Of a stretch of 64,000 nucleotides of DNA, positions 37,901 through 47,395 are shown one piece after another. Below the pieces are notes generated by a model. The model did not search any database. It was not told the origin of the DNA and saw only the letters and a list, made by a program, of their open reading frames with translations. A program made the position numbers and the translations under genes. Each line of letters opens with the position of its first letter. The stretch's first letter is position 1. The DNA lies in assembly GCA_964549615.1 (NCBI GenBank), contig CAZJVP010000099.1, forward strand, positions 1-64,000, written 5' to 3'. Source of the DNA: an uncultured Thermococci archaeon. Lineage in GTDB: Archaea > CAYQAE01 > CAYVLA01.

Positions 37901-40098
37901 ACGCTCGCGGCGAGGCGCCCATCGGCAGGGATGACATGGCTCGACCACCTATAGCCAAGGTGCGGCTGTCCTCCATACCAGGTGTCGGCCCTGAACGACC
38001 TTAGCGTACCGAGTATGTCGCTTACCATGTGAGCTTCGAACTCCGTTGAGTCGAGGACTCCGTCCCCGTTGTCATCCCATTCAGAGGCCAAGGGAACCAT
38101 GCCCTCGACGCCGTGGTAGCTTGCATACTCTTGATCCAGCACCAAGGCGCGCCACGTCGGGTCGGTCGCGATCAGGCGACCAAGCTTCTTGGCCACTCTT
38201 TCCCACTGCTCGCTGGAATGCGGCGCGGGCACAGGCGGCGAGTCGGCGCGCCAGGTCCTGTGGTAAAAGAACCATGACATGGCGTAGAAGGTGCCCGCAG
38301 GGTCCCTCTGTTCTACCGCCCTCCTCCATTGTTCGTACCATCCGCTCATCACCATCGCGCCGCCGAACTCGGGTGGCCAAAGCCCGGTGCGGTCCTCGAA
38401 GGGATAGAAGTACCGGGGCGGGTCGGTCGAGGACTGGCCCCACGTGTTGATCGGGATCACGAATGATCCCTCAACCTCCTGCAGTCTGTCTAGAACGACT
38501 TCTGGCGACCATCCTTGCTCCCCCCAGGACTCGAGTAGCCCGAACCCGTAGTGATCGTTCCAGATATCGGGGAGGGCCACGAAGGACTTGCTGGTGGAGG
38601 CCTGGCCCTCCGAGGTTGTGACCCAGTAGGTGACCTTCTCCGAAGGGGCTACCCTGATCCTAGCCTCCCACATATTCGGCCAGTTAGGAGAGTTCACTGG
38701 AGTCATCGGGACGCTGCCGCTAGCGAAGACGAAGTCCAGCCCGTTGTAGCGCCGCTCGTAGTGAAGCGTTACACCGCTTGTGGACGTCACTATGGCGTAT
38801 ATGCTCGCCCACCCGTCCGACGGGAAACTCGGGTATATGTCGTAGAGATCGTCGAAGTGATCATTCTCCCACACCGAGAGATCCCCGACGTAGAGACCCG
38901 CTATGCCCTGCTCCTTGACAACCGCGGTCTTGGTCGCCGTTGATCGATGGCCGGCGATGTCCACGGCCTCAACGGTGAGGACCACCTGCTGCCCGGGGTT
39001 GGCTTGGATCTGGAACTCGCATTGGTAGTCTCCGTTTGCCGTCCAAGCTATCTGTCTGGAGATCGCAGCTCCGCTGTCCACTCGGAGAGAGAATATCAAG
39101 GAAGAGACGGCATAGTCGTCGGAGATGCTGGCTTTCGCGGTAACCGAACCTGTTGGGCCGTAGAGGTCGCTGGCACCCGTGGATTGAACCGAGAGGCTTC
39201 CGATGCTCGGCGGCAACTCATCCGACCGGGAGCTGGGACCCAGCACGACGCTTAGGCTGCCCGAAAAGGTGGACGCGTCTCTCGTTCCGGGCGGGCAGGA
39301 AAGAAAACTGTACAGGCCGACCGCCCTCTCGGGCCCCGCGGGAACAAGCAGGTAGGGTAGAGGCGTCGCTCCAATCATAAGGGGCGGCAGGCCCTTCTCC
39401 GGAGAGGCATATAGATCGGAGTCATCATCGATGATGATGCTGGAGGCGGGTATTCCTTGCCCTGAACCAGACATCAGTCCCGCTGAGGACAAGTAGAGGC
39501 GGGCATCATCATTACACGCTACAAACAGCCCAAGGGGGCTGGGCGACCCCGACGCGGTCTGGCCCGCCGGGACGGAGAAGGACAGGCTAGGTGGATCACG
39601 GATCAGGAAATCAAAATCGACTTCCGCCGACAGGCTGGCTACGATGGACCAGGGCGCTATCTGGCACCTGATGCCCCATATGCCGGCCCTCGCCAGACGC
39701 GCAAGCTTAAATGCGAAAACCCATTCATGGATCGTCTGACTCCGGCTGGAGAAAGAGCTCCGAGCAGGGATCAAAGCCATCTGGCCCTGTGGCTCGACGA
39801 ACCCCGTTGCGCTCGCCCAAGACATTGACAGGCTGTGCGGAAGGTTCGAATGCTGCGTGGGTCCCTGCAGCGTGATCTGCACCGAGCCTATCTCCGAGAG
39901 GGCAGCGTTCTCGAGATGGACGAAGAGCCTGTACTCGCCGCCCGGAGCCATTTTCTGGACCGCCTTTCCCTGGGAATCCATCAAAGTCAGCGTGGCCCAA
40001 GCGCTCTGGCTGGACGCCTCCCGAGCCAGAGGCAGCAAGCTGCTCAATACGAGAAGCAAGACCGCGGCTACGCTGAATAGCGATCGTCTGAGCGACAG
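34954..40098 (-). CDS. giant secreted multidomain protein (~1714 aa): surface beta-sandwich module, Ig-like domains, putative glycoside-hydrolase-like barrel, prenyltransferase repeats, PHP-like domain
   Basis: 5.1-kb ORF. A CTG at 40098 after GAGGGG completes the signal peptide MSLRRSLFSVAAVLLL. QNADGGW x2 and QNSDGGFG; C-terminal region paralogous to 29705..32296. Confidence 0.8.
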   Translation of the reverse strand: MSLRRSLFSVAAVLLLVLSSLLPLAREASSQSAWATLTLMDSQGKAVQKMAPGGEYRLFVHLENAALSEIGSVQITLQGPTQHSNLPHSLSMSWASATGFVEPQGQMALIPARSSFSSRSQTIHEWVFAFKLARLARAGIWGIRCQIAPWSIVASLSAEVDFDFLIRDPPSLSFSVPAGQTASGSPSPLGLFVACNDDARLYLSSAGLMSGSGQGIPASSIIIDDDSDLYASPEKGLPPLMIGATPLPYLLVPAGPERAVGLYSFLSCPPGTRDASTFSGSLSVVLGPSSRSDELPPSIGSLSVQSTGASDLYGPTGSVTAKASISDDYAVSSLIFSLRVDSGAAISRQIAWTANGDYQCEFQIQANPGQQVVLTVEAVDIAGHRSTATKTAVVKEQGIAGLYVGDLSVWENDHFDDLYDIYPSFPSDGWASIYAIVTSTSGVTLHYERRYNGLDFVFASGSVPMTPVNSPNWPNMWEARIRVAPSEKVTYWVTTSEGQASTSKSFVALPDIWNDHYGFGLLESWGEQGWSPEVVLDRLQEVEGSFVIPINTWGQSSTDPPRYFYPFEDRTGLWPPEFGGAMVMSGWYEQWRRAVEQRDPAGTFYAMSWFFYHRTWRADSPPVPAPHSSEQWERVAKKLGRLIATDPTWRALVLDQEYASYHGVEGMVPLASEWDDNGDGVLDSTEFEAHMVSDILGTLRSFRADTWYGGQPHLGYRWSSHVIPADGRLAASVNHFQHCDANGQATWYFTDHFDSSLYQPLFSAGVSACASDLATDYYLHRTMDRHGTATDWDLGFAEQVLYAYLLNPHYVTNWVHGGWDGPADAGSPYSFDQEEKAFARKIASKWNYVPYLSNLEYAELPTGGSRPFGRRTLGIKPAWFLPQTSNLYYSLSKETGSMWQLAVSNFEFSAQTLRISIGSGLFDSYRCDTLVAFDPSSPNSPWVYLTRSNNQLSLTVPAEDMKIVKLGVPFEMLGFPEREDGYTGEVLKKAKPPEILSYDPKKNEISLIVYPGVSQFLKLYLPSGVSTGNIIVNGSAMVCALQTPDLGSLSKTDDVTALVAYVDASGFKTPSDYVESCQKADGYGPYGQSWSSFYHDAFGASAAALCGATIPSGLAEKISGALPSLAAVDSPGNEAANMGPWRLDISLTALSLLGSSLPDVKELVEKDSSWRLDVVYHKFHALRLLGETSTASPTLAEVADALQRNQNADGGWESNPLGTRLSTLSDFKPQRSCVWRTHHAAMILYWAGRGIPQSAIDYLLSVQNADGGWGYERGRESDMRETYWAVDLLYTAGRTIPLRTYDWVMMCQNSDGGFGDRPGWDSRLEPTYYALEILRKMGMPTNPPVCRDPPEPPPWFEDQTYKVFKFKTQAFGGNYPGSRDLGGLAVMGAYEQGISIISGKKGGDSLIDPMNAFAEAYGLPVFVAKGDEIYTFNLQFNGYDPHDHSHSYVTSPSGGSPWSPYRGSNTMGNSFDDLVIYNRGFLANGVSAYSSTQDYYRAVDVLDAAVEIGGYNGFVSGGTYLKFVADIVRDQPWLEKYAGRLVPLDEADNHHTFEGGMYHAQHVVGLFVARTGDWAGFMDAVRNGRVGYIHEDGTVYGSRWMVDFVRASGTRLLPAPNLLVEPIPKAAQGLWGRYPWETGTGLNVRLWGVFTEISIDGRVYIPVRVTAAECADFAGSVEKYFTDYYYVQTDITFGIHTVEVKHPGGKVRWIVDYG

Positions 40099-40444
40099 TG
40101 GGAGGCCCCTCGCCTCGGAAGCTCAGGAATTCCCTAAAAAATCTTGTTTATGGCTCCCTCGCCCTATTGCCCGGCTCACCTCCGATATTGCGACAAACGC
40201 GAACGATCTTGGCCCTTCCCGCATGGTCCGAACGAAGATTCCGGTCCGGCCACTCTCAGCGTCCTTCGTCCAAGATTTCGATAACTGGCGCTTAGGCAGG
40301 AACCGATCAAGCAAGGTACCGGCAAGGGCGCAAGCAAACTGCGAACGCTTGCGCCTACCCCAAGGATTGGGCCACCTGCTCATGATCGGCTGGCGACAAG
40401 AGAAGATATGGAGCTGAACACCGACGACGTGGATGACATGCTTT

Positions 40445-41884
40445 TCAGAGGATGATTAATCCAAGTATTGTCGCTGCCCCAAACAGGCCCAAGATCCCCG
40501 CGACAGCCATTATCCTCACCCTTCTTTTCAACTTGAGTATCGTCGCGTACTCGGCGTTCGCAAAGGCCCCGAAGGGAACTCCCCTCATCTTCTCAGTGCT
40601 AAACAACATGAAGTCCCTCTTCTTTTCGAAGTAAGCGACGGTTCTTGCAGTGGCCGTGCTCACCAGCCTCACATAGTTGACGTCCTCCTCGACGGTGTAT
40701 CCATCATCCGCCACGGTCACCAGCGGAAACTGCACCCTCGCCCCCGGCACCTGTTGCCCCTCCTCCAGAAGGTCCACGAGGAGTTCGAAGGTGAAGACGT
40801 TCCAGAAAGGCACCGAGACCACATCCCTCCATTTCCTCTTCTCCGGCTCACAAGGGTAAAGCTGGGGGGTCCAGATGTCAGAGGCCCCTATGAAGTTCGG
40901 GAACCCTCCATGTGGAAGCTGCATCCTCAGGAGGGTCTGAATGTTCTCTTCCACGTCGTATCTGAAACCTTGCCTTTGAAGCCTTCTGATCTGGTGAAAG
41001 CCCAAGCCGGATGTTGCGACCATGGTTGGATAGGCGAATCGCCTGGCCCCCCGCCTCCCCTTGACGTATCTGTGGGAGAAAAGCCTCGTCCGGGGATCTA
41101 TCATCCCCACGAGGTGATCGCCAGCCAGCTTGGCGCTTTCCAAGAAGCGTTCTTCCCGTGTATGCTCGTAAAGGTCCAGCAGTCCCCGGCAGTTCAGGGC
41201 GGTGTAGAGGTAGTAGTAGAGGTGTGCGCTCTCCCCATCGTTGTAGCCCCACCCACCCCTCAGGGGCCCTGACCGGTCCTGCATCCTGATCATGTGGTCG
41301 GCCGCGGGAACGGCGTAGTCGGAGACCAGGCTTTCCTGCCCCGTGCACCGAGCGATCGCGCAGATGGCCGATATGGCGATGGCTGTCTGGTTATAGGTGT
41401 GAACCCGCCTGCCAGGGTACCCCCTCGGGCAGAAGAAGAAAGTTCCCGTCGAGGCGTCCCAATGTTCGGCAATCATCCTTTCCTTCAGGTTGTCACAGGC
41501 CACATCCAAGAGTTTCCTCCAGCCGTCCTCGCCGGCGTCCCTGAGGGCAGCGGCGGCCCGGGCAAGGGCTAGGGTCGGCCAGGCATTGTTTATGAGGGTG
41601 AGAGGCGTTGTAGAGTCGTGGTACAGATGTACTTTGGGCGAGTATGCTGACAACAGGTATCCTGACTCCAGCTGAGCATTGCGTAGCCACCTCTCGTCGC
41701 GGGTTTTTTGGTAGAGTTCCAGGTGGCCGATTATCCTGACCCCCTGCGTCCAGCAGGCCGGGGCCGTCACGACCGTGTAGTCCCTATGGTGGTGGATGAT
41801 GTAGCCGTGGACCCCTCCCTGAGGATCCCTCCAACTGTTCAGGTAGGCATCCAAGGAGGCCAGGGCCTCTGGAATTCCGAGCAT
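40445..41884 (-). CDS. (alpha/alpha) toroid protein (six-hairpin glycosidase/epimerase-like) with C-terminal TM anchor
   Basis: Repeats LELYQKTRDERWL and LDLYEHTREERFL, GGWGY, QLPHGGF; hydrophobic C-terminal tail. Confidence 0.65.
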   Translation of the reverse strand: MLGIPEALASLDAYLNSWRDPQGGVHGYIIHHHRDYTVVTAPACWTQGVRIIGHLELYQKTRDERWLRNAQLESGYLLSAYSPKVHLYHDSTTPLTLINNAWPTLALARAAAALRDAGEDGWRKLLDVACDNLKERMIAEHWDASTGTFFFCPRGYPGRRVHTYNQTAIAISAICAIARCTGQESLVSDYAVPAADHMIRMQDRSGPLRGGWGYNDGESAHLYYYLYTALNCRGLLDLYEHTREERFLESAKLAGDHLVGMIDPRTRLFSHRYVKGRRGARRFAYPTMVATSGLGFHQIRRLQRQGFRYDVEENIQTLLRMQLPHGGFPNFIGASDIWTPQLYPCEPEKRKWRDVVSVPFWNVFTFELLVDLLEEGQQVPGARVQFPLVTVADDGYTVEEDVNYVRLVSTATARTVAYFEKKRDFMLFSTEKMRGVPFGAFANAEYATILKLKRRVRIMAVAGILGLFGAATILGLIIL

Positions 41885-42004
41885 ATCTACCGACGACGAA
41901 AAGTTCCTCGACTTTCTTTGAAAAATCCGATGCACAAGTCGATCCGAACCGGCTGATCCGTGACCAGGCAAAGCTTTTCAGCTCTGGGCATCACGCACAG
42001 TCGG

Positions 42005-43096
42005 ATGGGCCTCAGGGTAGCCCGGGTCGTGCCAGACTTTCTGCCGCTCGAAAAGGCGTATGGCTACTACGTCACCTTCTCGATGCTGACCAGCGCTCAG
42101 CAATCCCTTGGGAACGAGGTGACCCTTTTCTACCCCCGGTCAACACCGAAGGGAGACCTCGAGTTCAAGGTCAAGCCGGTGGGGGACCTAAGCCCAGCGT
42201 ATTTCGCGTTGGGGGCGAGCCTAAGACGCAGACTCGGCGAGTTCGACGTTGTGCACGGCCATGCCAGAGCAGCCTTGCCCTTGGCAGGCTTGGAGCCCTC
42301 AAGCCCGGTTGTCGTACACCTTCACGGACTCCCTTACCACGTCACGGAGCATACGGGAAGATTCGATCCGCACGACGCCACCGCCTTCATGTACTATCGC
42401 GCGTTCCTCAGGAAGGCAGACTGCGTGATCACCTACTGCAATAGCCTCCGAAGAAAGGTGATCGAGATATTCAGGTTGGACCCTGCAAGGGTCGTCCACA
42501 TCCCCAACGGCGTCGAGCCCCAATACTTCCGCGCCAAGGACCACCTCAGAGAGCAGCTCGGGATCCGCGACTCCCCGGCGGTAATCTATGTCGGGCGTTT
42601 CAGCGAGGTAAAGGGCATCTTTGAGTTTCTTGAGTCGATACCCAGTATACTCCGGCGGGTCCCCGATGCGAAGTTTCTATTTGTGGGATGCAACTCGGCC
42701 CTGCCAAAGTTTCTATCCAGGCACGAAATCGAAATGAGCTGTATGTGCGTCCAACACGTTCCCTACAACAAGGTTGGGGCCTACTACCGATCGGCTGACG
42801 TTCACGTCGCCCTATCCAAGGTCTACGGATACCAAAAGACCGTCCTTGAGTCGCTCGCCTCGGGAACCCCGGTGGTTACATCCGACTACCCGGACGCAAG
42901 GCGGCTGGTTGGGTCGGCAGGTTTGTTCACGGACCCGAACAAACCCGAGATGGTGGCCGCGGCAGTCTGCCAGGCGTTAGAGGATGATGAGCTCAGGATA
43001 AACGCAAGAAGCAGATCGAAGGAGATAATGAGGCAGTACACCTGGCGCAAAGCCGCGGAGAGAATCCAGGACGTCTATAGCCATCTGATGGCTTAG
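42005..43096 (+). CDS. GT4 family glycosyltransferase
   Basis: IPNGV, YVGRF..VKG, ESLASGTPVVTSD. Confidence 0.87.
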   Translation: MGLRVARVVPDFLPLEKAYGYYVTFSMLTSAQQSLGNEVTLFYPRSTPKGDLEFKVKPVGDLSPAYFALGASLRRRLGEFDVVHGHARAALPLAGLEPSSPVVVHLHGLPYHVTEHTGRFDPHDATAFMYYRAFLRKADCVITYCNSLRRKVIEIFRLDPARVVHIPNGVEPQYFRAKDHLREQLGIRDSPAVIYVGRFSEVKGIFEFLESIPSILRRVPDAKFLFVGCNSALPKFLSRHEIEMSCMCVQHVPYNKVGAYYRSADVHVALSKVYGYQKTVLESLASGTPVVTSDYPDARRLVGSAGLFTDPNKPEMVAAAVCQALEDDELRINARSRSKEIMRQYTWRKAAERIQDVYSHLMA

Positions 43097-44853
43097 AGTA
43101 GCGTCCTTGAGTCATACGGCTCCAGATCAACGAGGAAACATGCCCTCTTCCCACCGACGCACTCGACGTCAACCGGCAGCCCCCTTAACGCGGCACCGGA
43201 TGTGTTCTGAACACTCGCCGCCCCCTTAGCTACGGACGTGCGGACGGCTTTGTGCTCGGGGCACAAGACGGACTCCCAGTACTGCGCAATGTTGTGGTGG
43301 GTCGTCAACCAACACTTTGAGCCTAAGTCTTGGACCAGGAATCTGAGGAACTCCGGGAAGCACTTCGTGGAGTCCACCCTTCCGAAGAAGGGGGAGTACT
43401 GGCGCAGGTGGGGGTGCCACAGATAGGTTACCTGGGATCCAGACCGAGGCGCTCTCCGGAGCGCCCTCTTCAGAGAAAGGAGCTGGGTCGGCGTGAAAGG
43501 ATCGAAACGTCTGGTGTGGGCGCCCGTCTCAACTATGCGCGAGCCCTCCGGATGGTAAGGCATACAGACGCCCAAGTCAGGCCTGTAGGGGGCGATGTTC
43601 CGGCCAAGCAGGGACCTCCTCTCGACAGCCTCTGAGGAGCCGAGAAGGCCGGCCTGCGAAAGGGCCCTCGGGTAGAGTGGGTGGGATTTGTTGCCCGGGG
43701 CAGACCAGGTAGTTGGCTCGACCCCGAAGAATGCCTTCAACTTGAGGTTGTTGAGCCTGATGTTGTCGACTATCTCGCCCAAGGCGTCTTCCCCGCCGTC
43801 TTCCGAGGTTTGCCATCCGTGATGGTATTCGCCAGGTGCCACGTTCCTACGCCAAGACGTGTCCTGCGAGGCATCGTAGCCGTATGGGCTCCAGTAGTGG
43901 TAGTACATGTGATTCCCGACTTGGGCACACGGCCAAACCTGGTCAAGCAGCGGGTACTCCAAGTCATTGCAGGCCTTGATTTGTCCGAGGAATCGGAGCC
44001 AGCTCTCGAAACGGCTTCGGGAGACTTCGCCATTCATCTTCTCGGGAAACTTCTGGACCCAGCGAAACCACTCCTCGAAGTCTAGAGTCAACCGCGAGGA
44101 TATGAATAGCGACGGCGGTATCCTGAACAGTCCGGAGAGATCAAACGCCGTCTGAAGAGTCCCCTCGTTGCTCAGGTTATCGAAGCCGTCTATGTCCGCC
44201 CTCCAGGCCGAGGCGGCAGGAAGACCATATCTCCATCTGTAGATCCCGCAGCGGACCGGCGGATGCTCCTCGGGCGCAAAAACGCTCCTCACAACCAAAC
44301 GCCTGGTCTCCGTCCCGCCGGCATGGCGAGCCTCCACGAGCAGACTGGACCGATTCTCCGATGCAACGAGTGGGGTGACTGTGAAATCGTAAGCACGCGC
44401 CTCGCCGGGCTCAAGATCGAAGCTCTGCACGAAGGAGCGGTCCAACCTGTAGCTAGCGCCATTTGCCCTGAGGGAAAGTTCGACCGCCGCGGCCCTCAAC
44501 CGCCCGATGTTGTGCACCATCGCCGTGACCTTGAATGGCACCCCGACGGGACGATCTCCGATGTCCAGAACGCCGCCCTTGGCCCTCACCAAGGGACATC
44601 GAACGTTAAGCACGACCGACGGTTGTGGTGGAGGAAGCTGCCGATGAAGGTAGCTGAACTCTCTCTTGAAGCGCAGGGCGAGGATGAGCAAGCCCAGGGC
44701 CGGGATGAGCGAAAGCGACCCGAGCATCCATGACCCCGTTGTCAGGGACGTTGCCGTCAGCGCTACCTCCGAGATGAGCGCAACCAGGACCTCGGGGTAG
44801 ACGTAGTAGAGTGTGAAAAAGCCCCTAAGCATGGATCTCAAGCGAGCCACCAC
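43093..44853 (-). CDS. membrane-anchored protein with CARDB-like Ig domain and NodB-like deacetylase domain
   Basis: Two N-terminal TM; VTA.VHNIG..A..VEL Ig-like motif; WRADID, VGNHMYYH, WSAPGN, YLWHP. Confidence 0.7.
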   Translation of the reverse strand: MVARLRSMLRGFFTLYYVYPEVLVALISEVALTATSLTTGSWMLGSLSLIPALGLLILALRFKREFSYLHRQLPPPQPSVVLNVRCPLVRAKGGVLDIGDRPVGVPFKVTAMVHNIGRLRAAAVELSLRANGASYRLDRSFVQSFDLEPGEARAYDFTVTPLVASENRSSLLVEARHAGGTETRRLVVRSVFAPEEHPPVRCGIYRWRYGLPAASAWRADIDGFDNLSNEGTLQTAFDLSGLFRIPPSLFISSRLTLDFEEWFRWVQKFPEKMNGEVSRSRFESWLRFLGQIKACNDLEYPLLDQVWPCAQVGNHMYYHYWSPYGYDASQDTSWRRNVAPGEYHHGWQTSEDGGEDALGEIVDNIRLNNLKLKAFFGVEPTTWSAPGNKSHPLYPRALSQAGLLGSSEAVERRSLLGRNIAPYRPDLGVCMPYHPEGSRIVETGAHTRRFDPFTPTQLLSLKRALRRAPRSGSQVTYLWHPHLRQYSPFFGRVDSTKCFPEFLRFLVQDLGSKCWLTTHHNIAQYWESVLCPEHKAVRTSVAKGAASVQNTSGAALRGLPVDVECVGGKRACFLVDLEPYDSRTLL

Positions 44854-45859
44854 GTGAACGCAGTCGTCGCAGAAGCGCTTCGACCGGCTCCGCGAATGTC
44901 AGGAAACGGCGATCGAGGATCGCCATGGGCTCGGTGTGGCCCCCAAATCCCTTCTTCCATCTGTACACGCCATGCTGGGCCGAGGATGGGTCGAGGAATA
45001 CCTCGCCCATGTTGTATCTGGACAGGCCCATCGAGACTCCCCACTCAATGACCTTCCAGTGGAGCAGATCGTTTGCCCTATAGTCCTTCGCCTCAGGCGT
45101 GTAACAGGTGTAGGGACAGAAAGCCGTGTCCAAGTGGTTCAGGACGAGGGCCGATGCGACCGGACAGTTGCCCGACTCCGCAATGAAGACCCTGATCATA
45201 TCTCTGGGCCGGAATGAATCCCAAAGCGCCTCCACGTGCCGGAACGAGAATGGTTGAAACCCCCTGTCCTGGGCAAATCTCACGAACATATCGTGAAAGA
45301 CGGAGAGGTCGGCCTTGTCCGCGGATGCCCTCACCCTGACGCCCTTCTCGGACGCTTGCCTAACGTTCCTTCTCTTCGGCGGATCCATCTGCCCCCAAGC
45401 ATGGGAGGCCTCTCTCGGAAGGTCCACAAGGAAGATCTCCGCCTTCCTAGTAACTCGGTACCCATGCGGGCCGGTCAACACGTCAAGCAGGCCTGCCGCT
45501 TCGAAGCGGTGGACACGGGCCCTGGATATTAGATTCTTCCGGGCGTACTCGTTGACGCGGGACACAAGGGCTGAGGCGACCGCGGTTGCCTCGGGCTTCG
45601 GGAGACGAATTAAGGATGGACCGCCGCCGCTACTACCCCCCATTACGATCTGCGAGAAAGGCCTGTTCCGTCGAATCCCTTGAAGCACGCCAAGGGGCCT
45701 GTCGCTCCAGGCCAGAAATCTCACCGGCAGCATCCCGCCGCCGCGCCGTTTCACCGCCTCTCCGTATTCGTAACACTGGCGATAGTCGCCCTGCCCAGAC
45801 TGCCTCAGCACCTCGTCCCAGTCGGACGCCCTGGGTGCTTGATCGATTTCTATCTTCAA
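44825..45859 (-). CDS. FemAB/FemX-like (GNAT-fold) aminoacyltransferase family protein
   Basis: Q..EYG, RRNVRQA..KGV, ANDLLHW.VIEW....G...Y.MG, GVYRWKKGFGG. Confidence 0.85.
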   Translation of the reverse strand: MKIEIDQAPRASDWDEVLRQSGQGDYRQCYEYGEAVKRRGGGMLPVRFLAWSDRPLGVLQGIRRNRPFSQIVMGGSSGGGPSLIRLPKPEATAVASALVSRVNEYARKNLISRARVHRFEAAGLLDVLTGPHGYRVTRKAEIFLVDLPREASHAWGQMDPPKRRNVRQASEKGVRVRASADKADLSVFHDMFVRFAQDRGFQPFSFRHVEALWDSFRPRDMIRVFIAESGNCPVASALVLNHLDTAFCPYTCYTPEAKDYRANDLLHWKVIEWGVSMGLSRYNMGEVFLDPSSAQHGVYRWKKGFGGHTEPMAILDRRFLTFAEPVEALLRRLRSRGGSLEIHA

Positions 45860-45877
45860 CCGGAAACCGACCTCGCC

Positions 45878-47395
45878 TTATTCACCTGTGCTGACTGCCT
45901 CTTTGACTTTTCTTGAGACAGTTGGGTACCGGGATATCCATTTGACCTCGTCAAATGCCTGCCCGAAGTGCATGTATCGGAGGCTTCTTAGAAGCCGCTT
46001 GAACTTCTCCTTTGGCCTCGATCTGTCCAGAAGATACCTTCTCGCGAGCGCGATCTCCTCGGAGCTGAAATCGTCATAGCCAAGCACCGGTGAATCCCCA
46101 GAGATGCAAGACCTGTCCTGCGTCTTCATCCAACCCTTCCGCCTGGCCTCTTCGAAGAGCTTGGTGCCCGGATAAGGCACAAGGAAAGCCACGTTGATCC
46201 GATGCGGCTGGAGCCTGTCCAGGATTTCGGCGGTTTCCCTGACCGTCCGCCAGCTCTCCCCGGGAAGGCCAACCATCACATTAGCGGTGATGGGTATAGA
46301 GGCCGAACGCAGCGAGCGAAAGCCCTTGATCATCTTTCCGAGGGTCGATCCCCTCTTCCCCCTCTGTGAGAAAAGAAGATCTGCCCCCGTCTCCAAGCCG
46401 ACCTGTGCATTCACGCACCCTGACCTCTTCATCGCCGCGGCAAGCTCGTCGGTCACAAGATCAGCCCGCATCTCGGCCCTCCAGACGATCCTCAAGTCCT
46501 TTTCGAGGAGCCCGTTGCAGATCGCAATCGACCTTTCCACGTCAAAGTTCCACGTTGGATCCCTGAACCAGATCGCCTCTACCGAATACTTCCGTACAAG
46601 CGTCTCTACCTCGTCCACGGTCCTCTCGGCGGAAAGCGCCCTCCATCGCGTCCCGAACTCTAGGATGTAGGGGCAGTACTCACAGCCGTAGGGGCAGCCC
46701 CTGCTGGACAGAACCGTGAAGAACCTCCTGCCCCGCCCCCCTCTCTTCATCTCGATCTTTCCGTAATCGTAGTAGCGCTCCATGTCCAGAAGTTCATAGG
46801 CAGGAGACGGCAGAGAGTCAAGATCATCGAGGGGTGGCGAAGGCGCCGTTCGAACGATCCGGCCGCCATCACTGAAGCTTATGCCACGGACCTCAGCGAG
46901 CCCAGTCTTCCCCGACAGGGCATCGCAGAGATCGGCAAGGCAGGTCTCAAGCTCCCCCTCGATCACAACGTCGACCGAATCGCCGAGGAGTTCCTCACGG
47001 TAGATGCAGGAAACGGGCCCCCACGTGGCGCTAACTGCGTCCGGAGCAGATGACTTGATCTTGCGAAGGACTTGTTGGTCTCCATCAAAGCAGGGAAAGC
47101 ACGGGCGACTCACGATGAGTTCGAACGAGCCGTTCTTGATGTATGCCGATATGCTTTCGAGGTCCCAGCATCTCACCTGGCAGTCGAGGATGTGCACGTC
47201 GTGCCCACGCATCCGGGCGGAAGCGGCGGCATACGCCTCGAGCAATGGCGGAAGGACTGGGGCGCTGGCGTCGTGGCCGAAGCTTCTCCTCCTGGATATG
47301 GAACCGACCACGCCAAAGCCACCGGCGAAATCCCTTTCGATGTTCCTCCCAGGCGGGCTGGGAAGGTTGAGAAGGAGCACCCTCAAGAGGCTCAC
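45878..47395 (-). CDS. B12-binding radical SAM enzyme 1
   Basis: N-terminal cobalamin-binding region, SRGCPYGCEYC, GLETG, GLPGE, PYPGT.LF; GTG 47395 overlaps the upstream stop. Confidence 0.9.
   Translation of the reverse strand: MSLLRVLLLNLPSPPGRNIERDFAGGFGVVGSISRRRSFGHDASAPVLPPLLEAYAAASARMRGHDVHILDCQVRCWDLESISAYIKNGSFELIVSRPCFPCFDGDQQVLRKIKSSAPDAVSATWGPVSCIYREELLGDSVDVVIEGELETCLADLCDALSGKTGLAEVRGISFSDGGRIVRTAPSPPLDDLDSLPSPAYELLDMERYYDYGKIEMKRGGRGRRFFTVLSSRGCPYGCEYCPYILEFGTRWRALSAERTVDEVETLVRKYSVEAIWFRDPTWNFDVERSIAICNGLLEKDLRIVWRAEMRADLVTDELAAAMKRSGCVNAQVGLETGADLLFSQRGKRGSTLGKMIKGFRSLRSASIPITANVMVGLPGESWRTVRETAEILDRLQPHRINVAFLVPYPGTKLFEEARRKGWMKTQDRSCISGDSPVLGYDDFSSEEIALARRYLLDRSRPKEKFKRLLRSLRYMHFGQAFDEVKWISRYPTVSRKVKEAVSTGE

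Noticed and set aside
29705-40098. Squalene-hopene cyclase or protein geranylgeranyltransferase
   Set aside because: The proteins are secreted, and I see no DxDD motif, zinc-ligand motif or alpha subunit; only the structural repeats are present.
44825-45859. Evidence for peptidoglycan synthesis
   Set aside because: No Mur ligases or PBPs, and the MraY-like gene has the ALG7/AglH signature.
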